DNA of 64,000 nucleotides, from assembly GCA_965230295.1 (NCBI GenBank), contig OZ246001.1, positions 1,088,001 to 1,152,000 of the forward strand. The letters run 5' to 3'. Below, piece by piece: positions 48,103 to 58,226 of the stretch. The number at the start of each line of letters is the position of its first letter. Positions within the stretch are counted from its first letter, which is position 1. Source of the stretch: Marinicella sp. (lineage in GTDB: Bacteria > Pseudomonadota > Gammaproteobacteria > Xanthomonadales > Marinicellaceae). Both the position numbers and the translations under genes were made by a program. The notes under the pieces are model-generated. The model worked only from the letters and a program-made list of their open reading frames with translations, made no database searches and was not told the DNA's origin.

Positions 48103-50685
48103 TTAATCTAGCAGGTGCTCTTGGCCATCAATGGCTTCGAGCATCTGTTGCAGCTTGGTTTCAGCTCTTGCGACTTCTGCATGATCCTGGCCCAAAAAAT
48201 CAATTTGCGCTTGAATCAATGCTTTTTGCGCCAAAACCGCAGATTGATCTTGACCAGCCTGAATCAGGCCATCAACCTGATGACCTTTAACCAAAATGAA
48301 ATACGGGTTGTTGCGTCCAAATTGGGCGACCAACCCAGCCAATGCGTTTTCCCAGACTGGCAACCCCAATGTCACTTGATTCAAACCCATGTGGCTGACT
48401 GCAATGTTGTCTTGCAACAACAAGGTGATTAAATGCCGCTCACCCAAACCCTCCAGTGCAACGGGAAGGCTTTCATCGCTGATTAAAAGGGATTCTTCGT
48501 ATCGACTGGTGTTGTTCAACAATTCACCCAGGTTATAGGCCAGTTTCAAGGTTTCAATGTGGTCATTGCCCATCTTTTCGTTTGCATTCTGGTAAGCTGT
48601 TCTCATCAGATCCTCACCTTCAATCATTCGCCCCAATGAAACGTAAGTATTGGCTAAATTGATATGGGTTTTTATCGCATCTTCACTTTCAGCACCCTCT
48701 AACTGAGTAACCAATTCAGCAGCACGCTCTTGATAAACCAAAGCCTCATCAAGCTTTCCTTGACGTTGTAAGTTCCCGCCTAAGTTAATCAACATAATCA
48801 AATAACCATGATTATCCTTGCCAAAATATTGCTCTGCCAGCTGCATAGACTGTACCAGGATTTCCTCAGCATCTGACCACCGTCCCAAGTGATTCAGCAC
48901 CAATGCCAAATTGTTATTCGCAGCCAGAACATTGGTGGGTTTGGGACTGTCTGTAGAACCCAGTGTGGCCAGAGCTGCACGCGCAACTTGTTCGGCTTCA
49001 TGAAACTTGGTTTGTTCGATATGGGTAACTGTCAATGCCATCAAGGCCAAGAATTTTGTGTTTTGATATTTCGTCTGCCGGGGTATTTGATCCAATAATT
49101 GATTCAACATCACTTCTGCTTTGTTGTATGCCCCTGATCGCCTTTCAGCATCAGCTGCATCCACTTTCGCATGCAAATTCAAATCCATGAATTGTGGCTC
49201 GGGGTCTGTGACATCAATGATTTGTTGTAATAATTTTTGACCGGCTTCATTGCGGCCTAATATCTTTTCGGTCCTTGCCACTTGTAATTTCATTCGCAAC
49301 ACATCTCTTAAATTGGCATCAGGATCATTTTCAAGAAGTGACAATCCTTTTTTGAATTGTTGGTTACTTTGGACCATTAATTTCAGGTTTTGGTATGACT
49401 TGCCGATGGCCTCACTGATGGCTGCCAGCGCCAGAGGCTGAGCAGCAAAACGGTCTGTAGAATTCTTGGCTGCCAAATCCAGCATATCAGCAACCCTGAC
49501 CTCTCGACCTTTGCCAACATCAAAGGTTGAACCCAAAATCTCTTGCAAGAATTCATTGACTGCTTCTGCTTTTTGCTGTTCCTGAACAGCTTTCTGCCGT
49601 TCAACATTGGCAAAATACAAACCCGAACTGGCCAACACCAGGCCGAACAACAATGAGCCTATGATGCCCATCACCATGCGCCGTTTTTTTCGCTGCACCG
49701 GCTCTTCCCTAACCAACTCAAGCGCCTTAATGATCACACTGGCTGTTGGCCTGGATTGTGGATGCGGGTTGATCATGGCCTGAATCAACCTCAGCATTGA
49801 TGTTGGCATATCTGGCCTGAAGCTTCGCAGTGATAAATAAGCTGAATTCTGGTGTGCCTGGGCAATGTCGAGTATATTTTCACCTTTGACCGGATATTGA
49901 CCACTGGCCATTTTAAACAGCAAACAACCCATGGCATAAATGTCACTGGCTGGACTTTTGGGCGAATCAGCAAACAATTCTGGTGCCATCAGCATGGGGG
50001 AACCTACTGAGTGATTACTGGGGTGATTGGAACCACTTTCCAAACCTGCACCAAAATCCATCAACACATATTGATCATTCTGATCCAACATCACATTGGC
50101 TGCTTTGACATCACCATGAACCAAACCTGCCTCGTGAACAGCCTTTAAAGCTTGGCTCAATGCGACACCTGCACTCAATAATTCTTCTAATTCGACACGG
50201 GTGTGACCCTCTAAAGTTTTTCCTAAAATCAAATCAGACCAGAAACCCACCTGCCCATCATGTACGCCAGCACCATGAATCGCCAGCACATGCCGGTTTC
50301 GAACTTGGGCGATGCGTTGGGCTTCTTCAATAAACAGTTTACTGTGAAAGCCAGCCAGTTGATCAGGTTTTAACAGTTTCAGTGCCACATCCCTGTTTAA
50401 CACCGGATCAAATGCCCGGTAGACATCTCCATACCCACCTTCGCCCAATTGTTCAATGACCTGGAGGTGACCCCATTCAAACAGGGCCACCACAGCATTT
50501 TGTGATGGCTGCTGATAAACCTGATGATGAGACGCAAACACTTGCTGGATGTCATGGATGCGCTTCAGCTGCTGCAAGATTTCATTTTCAGACTCGTTAT
50601 GAATGTCTTGTGTGTCCCAATCGACCGGCTCATCTGAAGCCATTTGATTCAGCAATGCCTGCCATTTGTCACCGGGGTCATTCAC
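48103..50685 (-). CDS. Hanks-type Ser/Thr protein kinase with TM segment and periplasmic TPR repeats
   Basis: LGEGGYGDVY, VALK, HGDVKAAN, DFG, APE, SDIY..G; one TM segment; NLA/NLG TPR repeats. Confidence 0.93.
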   Translation of the reverse strand: MNDPGDKWQALLNQMASDEPVDWDTQDIHNESENEILQQLKRIHDIQQVFASHHQVYQQPSQNAVVALFEWGHLQVIEQLGEGGYGDVYRAFDPVLNRDVALKLLKPDQLAGFHSKLFIEEAQRIAQVRNRHVLAIHGAGVHDGQVGFWSDLILGKTLEGHTRVELEELLSAGVALSQALKAVHEAGLVHGDVKAANVMLDQNDQYVLMDFGAGLESGSNHPSNHSVGSPMLMAPELFADSPKSPASDIYAMGCLLFKMASGQYPVKGENILDIAQAHQNSAYLSLRSFRPDMPTSMLRLIQAMINPHPQSRPTASVIIKALELVREEPVQRKKRRMVMGIIGSLLFGLVLASSGLYFANVERQKAVQEQQKAEAVNEFLQEILGSTFDVGKGREVRVADMLDLAAKNSTDRFAAQPLALAAISEAIGKSYQNLKLMVQSNQQFKKGLSLLENDPDANLRDVLRMKLQVARTEKILGRNEAGQKLLQQIIDVTDPEPQFMDLNLHAKVDAADAERRSGAYNKAEVMLNQLLDQIPRQTKYQNTKFLALMALTVTHIEQTKFHEAEQVARAALATLGSTDSPKPTNVLAANNNLALVLNHLGRWSDAEEILVQSMQLAEQYFGKDNHGYLIMLINLGGNLQRQGKLDEALVYQERAAELVTQLEGAESEDAIKTHINLANTYVSLGRMIEGEDLMRTAYQNANEKMGNDHIETLKLAYNLGELLNNTSRYEESLLISDESLPVALEGLGERHLITLLLQDNIAVSHMGLNQVTLGLPVWENALAGLVAQFGRNNPYFILVKGHQVDGLIQAGQDQSAVLAQKALIQAQIDFLGQDHAEVARAETKLQQMLEAIDGQEHLLD

Positions 50686-51248
50686 TTCATGTTCTCTGCA
50701 AGTTTATACAAGGATCGTGCCACAATCATTCTGGCTGCATTGGCTGAAGAACATTCAATAGCAGCAGCAATTTCAGGGTATGAATAGCCCAATTCAACAC
50801 GCAATATCACCGCTTCCCTTGCTTGCTCGGAAATCTTCATCAACGCATTCTCATATTTTTCAATCACTTCAGACCCGATCGCTTTTTCTAAAGCAGAAGT
50901 GGCTGTGAGGTCATCACTTTCTTGATGTTGTTGTTTGAGCAAGTCCCTTTGGTTGCTGAATCGACGGATTTCCATGCGGATGTTATTCAGCAGAATTTTT
51001 CTTAAATAGGCCAGGAAAGCCCCTTCTCTGATCGAACTGAATGAGTCCAATTTGTTCATTGCTTTGATCAATGTATTTTGTACCATGTCATCGGTCTCAG
51101 CCAAATCACGGGCATAAGCCGGTAGTCGACCATGCGCCCAACGCCTCAGCATGGGCAAATAAGTGTTGCACAATTGTTCACGGGCCAAATCATCGCCTTT
51201 TTTAACTCTGGCCAACAAGGTAGCCGTTGATTCAAGTTTTGCCCGCAT
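50682..51248 (-). CDS. ECF RNA polymerase sigma factor (kinase-associated)
   Basis: Sigma region 2 (GD..A...L..Y...L.RWA, DD.VQ, F.AYL..I..N) and region 4 (SY.EIA); 4-bp overlap with the kinase. Confidence 0.9.
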   Translation of the reverse strand: MRAKLESTATLLARVKKGDDLAREQLCNTYLPMLRRWAHGRLPAYARDLAETDDMVQNTLIKAMNKLDSFSSIREGAFLAYLRKILLNNIRMEIRRFSNQRDLLKQQHQESDDLTATSALEKAIGSEVIEKYENALMKISEQAREAVILRVELGYSYPEIAAAIECSSANAARMIVARSLYKLAENMK

Positions 51249-51512
51249 ATTCAGTTCATAGTAAATCTAATACCATTATATAGCATCCTTAATGCCTCTT
51301 ATGCTTTGCAATAATTTAATTAAAAACTTGCAAACTAACTAAGCTCGCCAAGCCGGTTGGTGAGCTTAGCGAATCAGAGGCGAAGTGTGCGAAATAATAA
51401 GCCATGTTCGCAGCGGCCGCTTTCACTTTTTTCGGAGATAAAAGTGAATGAAGTCCCAAGAACATTCCTTTATAATCCACGCAGCCTTAATAATTTTGTT
51501 GGAACCTCGATC

Positions 51513-54500
51513 ATGACACATCAAGCCTTACCATTCTCAGCGCACTACTTAATGGACGAAGAAGCATGGGTGAATCAACTGCTGGATTTTGCTAATCCAG
51601 GTGCCGGGAAACGACAAGAAATAAAACAATTGGCCACACAATTGGTGAAAAATGTTCGGGCACAAATTGATGACATGGATGGTGTCGATGCCTTCATGAA
51701 AGAATATGACTTGTCTTCTAAAGAAGGCATCCTGTTGATGTGCCTGGCAGAGGCCCTGTTACGCATTCCAGACAAATCCACAGCCGATAAATTAATCAAG
51801 GACAAAATCCTCGAAGCTGACTGGAAATCTCATCTAGGTAACAGTGAATCTCTGTTCGTCAATGCCTCCACTTGGGGCCTGATGCTAACCGGTAAGATCA
51901 TCGACATCGATGAAAGCAAAGGTGGCATGGCTCGAGCGCTTGACAAGTTCATCAATAAAACGGGGGAACCGGTGATCAGAAAAGGCATCCACCGTGCCAT
52001 GCAGGTGATGGGCAAACAATTCGTGATGGGCCGCAACATCAAAGAAGCCATCAAGCGTTCTGGCAAAAAAGGTTTCAGAGATTACCGTTATTCCTATGAC
52101 ATGTTGGGTGAAGCTGCGTTGACTCAAGACGATGCCGAACGTTATTTCATGGCATACATGAATTCGATTGCCAGTATTGCCGATGCCAATAAAAAACGCC
52201 ACATCAATGATGCTTCAAGTATCTCGATCAAACTATCTGCCTTACACCCAAGATACGAAGTGGGCAATGTCAACCGAGTGATCAAAGAATTGGCGCCTAA
52301 AGTATTGGAAATTGCCAACCATGCCAAACAACTCAATGTGGCTGTCACCATCGATGCTGAAGAAGCCGACCGCCTGGAAATATCACTGAAAATTTTCGAG
52401 GCAGTTTATCAGCACTTAGAGGACTACCAAGGATTTGGGTTGGTGGTTCAGGCCTATCAAAAAAGGGCTTTGAAGGTGTTGGAGTGGCTGGCTGATCAAT
52501 ATGACCAACACAAACGCCTGATCCCCATTCGCTTGGTAAAAGGCGCTTACTGGGACACCGAAATCAAGCGTGCACAAGAACAAGGGCTAGACAATTACCC
52601 TGTGTTTACCCGTAAAGTCAACACCGATGTGTCATACCTGGCTTGTGCCAGATTTCTGCTGAACAACCGTTCCAGGTTTTATCCGCAGTTTGCCACCCAC
52701 AATGCCAACACGGTAGCGGCCATTAAAGTATTGGCCGGTGAAACAGGTGGGTATGAATTTCAAAGGTTGCATGGCATGGGCCAGGCCTTACACGCCCAAA
52801 CCATCAGCCCAGAAGGATTGAACCGCCCATGTAGAATTTATGCACCAGTGGGTTCACACGAAGACCTGCTTCCTTACTTGGTCAGGCGCTTGCTGGAAAA
52901 TGGTGCCAACACCTCTTTTGTTAACCGCTTGACTGACCTGACCCTGGACATTGATGCCATCACCCAAGATCCCATTGAAAAGGTACGTAAACACACTGTA
53001 CACAAGCACCCCATGTTGCCTTTACCCAGAGACATTTATGGCACCAGTCGCATCAATTCGGCTGGTTTCAATTTAGGCGATTTAAAATGTATCGAAGATT
53101 TACAAAAACATGTCAAAGCAGAATCCGCTTTAAAACATCACGCAACCAGTCTGGTACCTGGTACCGAAGCCATTGGTGAGTTGGTTGAGGTACATTCACC
53201 GGCCAATCTGGATGTGATGATCGGTAGTTACAACCGAGCACAACCCGATGACATCGATTCGGCTGTGAAGAACGCCAGTGCTGCTTTCCCGCAATGGCGT
53301 GACACCGCTGTTGCAACCAAAGCTGAATGTCTATTGAAATTGGCTGATTTAATGGAAAGGAACAGCCATGCCTTGATTAACTTGTTACAAAATGAGGCCG
53401 GAAAAACCATGGGTGATTGTATCGCGGAATTGCGCGAAGCCGTGGATTTTTGCCGTTATTACGCAGACCAAGCCATCCAGTTGTGTGGACAAGGTGAAAA
53501 AATGCCTGGGCCCACCGGTGAAAGCAACTACTTGTATCACCAAGGCAAAGGCGTGTTTGTTTGTATCAGCCCATGGAACTTTCCGTTAGCCATCTATACC
53601 GGGCAGATTGTTGCCGCATTGGTGACAGGTAACTGTGTGATTGCGAAACCGGCTGAACAAACCAGTTTGATTGGCCATTTCACAGCCCAATTGATGCACC
53701 AGGCAGGCATTCCAGAACAAGTGTTCCAGCTGGTTTTGGGTTCAGGCAGTCAAATAGGCAACCAACTGTGCCAATACAATGAAATTGCTGGCGTGGTGTT
53801 CACAGGCTCAACCCAAACTGCTCAAATCATCAACCTCAATTTAGCCAACCGCAAAAACGCTTCCATTGCCACTTTGATTGCGGAAACCGGTGGGCAAAAT
53901 TGTATGATTGCCGACTCTTCATGCTTACCAGAGCAACTGGTTAAGGATGTGATCAATTCAGCCTTTCTCAGCGCCGGACAACGTTGTTCTGCATTACGTG
54001 TGTTGTACATACAAGCTGATGTGGCTGATAAAGTCATCCATATGTTGAAAGGGGCCATGGATGAATTGTCCATTGGCAATCCACAGCTGTTCTCCACCGA
54101 TTTGGGACCGGTGATTGATCAAAAAGCATTGAGCCTATTACAAAATCACAGAACCCGCATGCAACAAGAAGGCACGCCCCTCAAAACACTCGGTGTTCCT
54201 GAAATCAATGGGCATTATTTTGCACCTCAGGCCGTCGAAATCAGCGACATAGGTGTACTGGAGCAAGAAATCTTCGGTCCATTCTTGCATGTCATCAGAT
54301 ACCAAGCCAATGAACTGGACCAGGTCATTGACGCCATCAATGGTACCGGTTATGGACTGACCACAGGCATCCATTCACGCATCGATGACACCATTGAATA
54401 TGTGGTTTCAAGAATTCAGGCAGGTAACTGTTATATCAACCGCAACATGATTGGCGCCGTGGTAGGGGTTCAACCTTTCGGAGGCATGGGCTTATCTGGC

Positions 54501-54623
54501 ACCGGACCAAAAGCAGGCGGACCCGGTTACCTCCGGCAGTTCCTCACTGAAAAAACCATCACCAACAACATTTCAGCTGTCGGAGGCAATGCCGACTTGT
54601 TGGAGTTGTCTGATGACGAATAG
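51513..54623 (+). CDS. putA: Bifunctional proline dehydrogenase / P5C dehydrogenase PutA
   Basis: LMCLAEALLRIPD, SYDMLGE, SIKLSALHPR, RLVKGAYWD, FATHN, YLVRRLLENGAN, ETGGQN, SAGQRCS. Start moved to the ATG at 51513. Confidence 0.97.
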   Translation: MTHQALPFSAHYLMDEEAWVNQLLDFANPGAGKRQEIKQLATQLVKNVRAQIDDMDGVDAFMKEYDLSSKEGILLMCLAEALLRIPDKSTADKLIKDKILEADWKSHLGNSESLFVNASTWGLMLTGKIIDIDESKGGMARALDKFINKTGEPVIRKGIHRAMQVMGKQFVMGRNIKEAIKRSGKKGFRDYRYSYDMLGEAALTQDDAERYFMAYMNSIASIADANKKRHINDASSISIKLSALHPRYEVGNVNRVIKELAPKVLEIANHAKQLNVAVTIDAEEADRLEISLKIFEAVYQHLEDYQGFGLVVQAYQKRALKVLEWLADQYDQHKRLIPIRLVKGAYWDTEIKRAQEQGLDNYPVFTRKVNTDVSYLACARFLLNNRSRFYPQFATHNANTVAAIKVLAGETGGYEFQRLHGMGQALHAQTISPEGLNRPCRIYAPVGSHEDLLPYLVRRLLENGANTSFVNRLTDLTLDIDAITQDPIEKVRKHTVHKHPMLPLPRDIYGTSRINSAGFNLGDLKCIEDLQKHVKAESALKHHATSLVPGTEAIGELVEVHSPANLDVMIGSYNRAQPDDIDSAVKNASAAFPQWRDTAVATKAECLLKLADLMERNSHALINLLQNEAGKTMGDCIAELREAVDFCRYYADQAIQLCGQGEKMPGPTGESNYLYHQGKGVFVCISPWNFPLAIYTGQIVAALVTGNCVIAKPAEQTSLIGHFTAQLMHQAGIPEQVFQLVLGSGSQIGNQLCQYNEIAGVVFTGSTQTAQIINLNLANRKNASIATLIAETGGQNCMIADSSCLPEQLVKDVINSAFLSAGQRCSALRVLYIQADVADKVIHMLKGAMDELSIGNPQLFSTDLGPVIDQKALSLLQNHRTRMQQEGTPLKTLGVPEINGHYFAPQAVEISDIGVLEQEIFGPFLHVIRYQANELDQVIDAINGTGYGLTTGIHSRIDDTIEYVVSRIQAGNCYINRNMIGAVVGVQPFGGMGLSGTGPKAGGPGYLRQFLTEKTITNNISAVGGNADLLELSDDE

Positions 54624-54625
54624 AA

Positions 54626-54838
54626 TGAAGCGTCGCTTCCCTTCTTTGGCATCAATGCCAAAACCGGCTTCGCACGCAAGATATTTAAGAGTTTTCTCTG
54701 ACAAGCTTCGCTTGCCAACTGAAAACATGTATTGAAGCGTCGCTTCCCTTCTTTGGCATCAATGCCAAAACCGGCTTCGCACGCAAGATATTTAAGAGTT
54801 TTCTCTGACAAGTTTCGCTTGCCAACTGAAAACATGTA
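54626..54838. repeat. 107-bp tandem direct repeat (2 copies) with internal hairpins
   Basis: Copies start at 54626 and 54733 and differ internally by one C/T substitution. Confidence 0.92.
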
Positions 54839-54846
54839 ATGAATTG

Positions 54847-55365
54847 TTAATTTCTTAACCAAGCCATAGGGATATCGGCTTCATAACTGCCGTCTTTATT
54901 TTTTATCCGCGTGTTTAATTGGCCTTCTTTTTCGAAACCAAGGGATTGGTAAAAGGCAATGGCTTTGTGGTTTGATTCTCGAACGATTAATTCAACCCTA
55001 AGCACATGTGGCATGTTCATCTCAATTTCCTGGAGCAGTTTTTCAAAAAGCAATCGACCCACCCCTTGACCTTGGCAGCGAGGATCGACCGCGATGGTTA
55101 AGTCTGACATGACATGAGAAAAGCAACCTGGCTCAGGGGCATAAGCATGCACTTCACCCACAATTCGATAATTCAACACAGCCACCAAGCCCATGCCTCG
55201 ATCGATCGTATGTTTGATAAATTGGCTTACATACCCTTCAGTGACTTCATGTGCTTGCCTCGCGATGCCTCCGGTTAATGCGGCCACACCTTGATAGAGT
55301 TTTAACACACCGCTTATATGTTCTTTTTTCAGCTTACTGACCACAACTGGTAAAGAATCATTCAT
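54847..55365 (-). CDS. GNAT family N-acetyltransferase
   Basis: VDP..QGQGVG..L, N..AI.FY..LGF..EG. Confidence 0.9.
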   Translation of the reverse strand: MNDSLPVVVSKLKKEHISGVLKLYQGVAALTGGIARQAHEVTEGYVSQFIKHTIDRGMGLVAVLNYRIVGEVHAYAPEPGCFSHVMSDLTIAVDPRCQGQGVGRLLFEKLLQEIEMNMPHVLRVELIVRESNHKAIAFYQSLGFEKEGQLNTRIKNKDGSYEADIPMAWLRN

Positions 55366-56504
55366 GATTTCTTGGCTTTTTTGTTTTGGTACATGGCCAT
55401 ATCAGCCGCTTGAATGATCGCCTCTGCTGACGGGTAAGAGTCATCGGCATGAATGACACCGATTGATACCCCGATACCAGCGCGTTGTCCATCAGGCAAT
55501 TCCAGAGGTTGAGAAATTTGATGCTTGATTCTTTCTGACAATTTTTTCACCGTTTCGTCTCGGTTGATATTGTGTTCAATGGCGGTTAAAACAATGAATT
55601 CATCACCACCTATTCTGGCCACCATTTGGTCTTTAGCTAAAACCTCTTTAAGCAACCGGGCCACATGTTGTAACACCCAATCACCATTGGCATGGCCCCT
55701 TTCATCGTTGATTTTCTTGAAACCGTCCAAATCAAGAAACAACACGGCAAATGCGGTGTATTGTTGATTGAGCAAAGCTGCCAATCGCTCCAACAAATAC
55801 TTGCGGTTAGGTAATCCGGTGAGAAAATCATGGTTGACCATATGATCTAATTTTTGTTGGGTCTTTTTGTGATTTGAAATTTCAGTTTTGAGCTTTTCGT
55901 TGATGACCAGTGCTTTGATGGCGGTTTTTGAAACCATACGTGACTTGTTAATCAATATCCCCCAAACAATCATCATGCTGAATGACAAACCCAGATAAAA
56001 GGGTGTGGCTTGAAACAACAAGAACAACAGCATCGGAAAAATAGTGACCAGGCTGATTAACAAGGTATAACTGGGCATCACGGCAAATCCAGTGGCACAC
56101 AAAGACACAATGGTGATCAGGATCAACACCAGATACATCACATAGTGGGCCTCAGCATCCTTTGGAAGCAGGAAAACAGCCAGACCAAACATCAGAGAAA
56201 TCAAACTGCCTCCGACCATTCGAACCAACAACCACTTTTCAGCATTGTCAGGGTTGAGATCTTCTTCATCAAATTTCACTTCAATCATCAACACCACCCC
56301 AACAAACACCAGCACCAATGCCAACCAAATCAATAAAGCCGCCCACCCCACTTCAGCAACCAACAGGATGAAAGCAACCACAACAGCAGTGATTATGGCA
56401 ACGGCAGCATTACCCGCCGAATTGCCAAAAAACAACTCCACACGTTTGAGTACCACTTGTTCAGTTAAAAATTCTGGATCAGATCCAAATATGAAACCAC
56501 CCAT
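55362..56504 (-). CDS. Membrane diguanylate cyclase
   Basis: About 6 TM segments; HDFLTGLPNR, DLDGFK.IND, RIGGDEF, AD.AMY. Confidence 0.92.
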   Translation of the reverse strand: MGGFIFGSDPEFLTEQVVLKRVELFFGNSAGNAAVAIITAVVVAFILLVAEVGWAALLIWLALVLVFVGVVLMIEVKFDEEDLNPDNAEKWLLVRMVGGSLISLMFGLAVFLLPKDAEAHYVMYLVLILITIVSLCATGFAVMPSYTLLISLVTIFPMLLFLLFQATPFYLGLSFSMMIVWGILINKSRMVSKTAIKALVINEKLKTEISNHKKTQQKLDHMVNHDFLTGLPNRKYLLERLAALLNQQYTAFAVLFLDLDGFKKINDERGHANGDWVLQHVARLLKEVLAKDQMVARIGGDEFIVLTAIEHNINRDETVKKLSERIKHQISQPLELPDGQRAGIGVSIGVIHADDSYPSAEAIIQAADMAMYQNKKAKKS

Positions 56505-56685
56505 TTCCCAGTCAGCATCTTGTTGAATAGCGCCTATGATACCACCGCTGTAAAGGCCATTGCTTAATTCAATACCATTGAGAAATTAAATAAAAGCCCA
56601 AAGGCATTCCTTAATAAGGGTTTTGTATCCCTGGTCAAAGGCGATTACAATTGAACCTTTTTTCACTCAATGTGCCTGATAGCCC

Positions 56686-58209
56686 ATGTATTTAGAGTAT
56701 TTTGAATTACAACAAGCACCCTTCTCGATCACCCCAGATCCGGAGTTTGTGTACTTGAGTGAAAAACACCAGGAATCATTGGCACACCTGATATATGGGG
56801 TCACCAGAGGTGGAGGAGCGGGCTTTGTACAACTCACAGGTGAAGTGGGAACCGGTAAAACCACCATCAGTCGGCTGTTCTTGCAGAAACTGCCTGAAGA
56901 CACACAAGCGGCCTTGATCCTGAATCCCAACATCACACCACTTGAACTGCTAGAAAATATCTTCAAAGAGTTTAAAATTTCAACCCGTGGTATGAAAGGC
57001 AAACTCAATACCATGGTGGAAAAGCTCAATGAACAATTGTTGCAGTGGTGGTCTGAAGGCAAAAACAATCTGGTTATCATCGATGAGGCACAGAACATCC
57101 CTCGTGATACCCTGGAACAATTGCGCCTGTTAACCAACCTAGAAACCGACCAACAAAAACTATTACAGATCATCTTGATCGGACAGCCTGAGTTAAAACA
57201 ACTGATGCAACGCAAAGACCTGCGGCAGTTGGCTCAGAGAATCACTTCAAGGTTTCACTTACAACCCTTGTCAAGAGCCGAAACCAAACACTATATCAAG
57301 CACCGCATAGCCGTCAGTTGTGGTGCGGAAGACTTGTTCTCCAACAACGCCATCAATCGCATTTACCAACAAACCAAAGGTGTGCCAAGAGTCATCAATG
57401 TGCTGTGTGATCGGGCTTTACTGGTCGCTTTCGCAGCCGAGGAAAAGTCGGTCAAATTGAAACACGTCAAACAAGCCATTGCTGAAGTGTATCCTGATCA
57501 AAATAAAGCCAACCATAAATATTGGATTGCCGCCATTGTACCTATTGTCTTAATGGGCTTACTCTGGTGGCAATGGCCTAACGATGAACCAACCAACAAC
57601 GCTTCTTCTCTACCCATCCCTGCCGAAACAACATTGAACAGTCTCCAAGCACCCACGGAACTTTTACAGTTACCCAGCACGGCTGTCAGTTGGCAACAAC
57701 TGTTGGCATTGTGGGGGGAAGACAGCAGCGCGGTTTGGAATCAAGCAACCTGTCCGGACATTTCACTGATTGGTATGGCCTGTTTACGCAAACAGGGAAA
57801 CATCAATCAAATCAAACAACACAATGTACCTGTCCTGCTGGCACTGAACAATGGCGAACTGGCTTTGCTCAAACAAATTTCCGCTGAACAATTGATCATT
57901 TCCACCACCCAAGGCGAACAAGCCATCAGTGAACAAGACATCAATCAACGCTGGTTTGGCAGTTATTTCATTTTATGGCCCATGGCTGTTGAGTTGATTA
58001 ATGATACAATCGGCGATGCCACCAATGCGTGGGCACTGAACATGGCCCAGGTGATAGATAACAACCCCAATATTCAAGCCACTGAATTAACAAATTGGGT
58101 CACTGATTTTCAGCGAAATAATGGCTTATTGGCTGACGGAATCATTGGTAAAGAAACACAAATGGCGTTATCAATACACGCTTATCATGGACCTAAATTA
58201 ATTGAGTAA
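56686..58209 (+). CDS. exeA: ExeA/GspA family AAA ATPase with peptidoglycan-binding domain
   Basis: MY..YF.L...PFSITPDP, GEVGTGKT, IIDEAQ, GQPEL, TM segment, FQ...GL.ADGIIG. Confidence 0.92.
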   Translation: MYLEYFELQQAPFSITPDPEFVYLSEKHQESLAHLIYGVTRGGGAGFVQLTGEVGTGKTTISRLFLQKLPEDTQAALILNPNITPLELLENIFKEFKISTRGMKGKLNTMVEKLNEQLLQWWSEGKNNLVIIDEAQNIPRDTLEQLRLLTNLETDQQKLLQIILIGQPELKQLMQRKDLRQLAQRITSRFHLQPLSRAETKHYIKHRIAVSCGAEDLFSNNAINRIYQQTKGVPRVINVLCDRALLVAFAAEEKSVKLKHVKQAIAEVYPDQNKANHKYWIAAIVPIVLMGLLWWQWPNDEPTNNASSLPIPAETTLNSLQAPTELLQLPSTAVSWQQLLALWGEDSSAVWNQATCPDISLIGMACLRKQGNINQIKQHNVPVLLALNNGELALLKQISAEQLIISTTQGEQAISEQDINQRWFGSYFILWPMAVELINDTIGDATNAWALNMAQVIDNNPNIQATELTNWVTDFQRNNGLLADGIIGKETQMALSIHAYHGPKLIE

Positions 58210-58226
58210 CCAAAAACACTAATACT

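Noticed and set aside
51335-51420. attC site (CTAAC...CAAGCCG resembles an attC left end)
   Set aside because: No matching CGGCTT...GTTAG right end is present.
51357-51512. 52-aa N-terminal extension of PutA in the ORF track
   Set aside because: It starts at a TTG inside a hairpin and is not RHH-like; the ATG at 51513 fits better.
54626-54838. Possible CRISPR array
   Set aside because: Two full-length 107-bp near-identical units with no unique spacers, and no cas genes.
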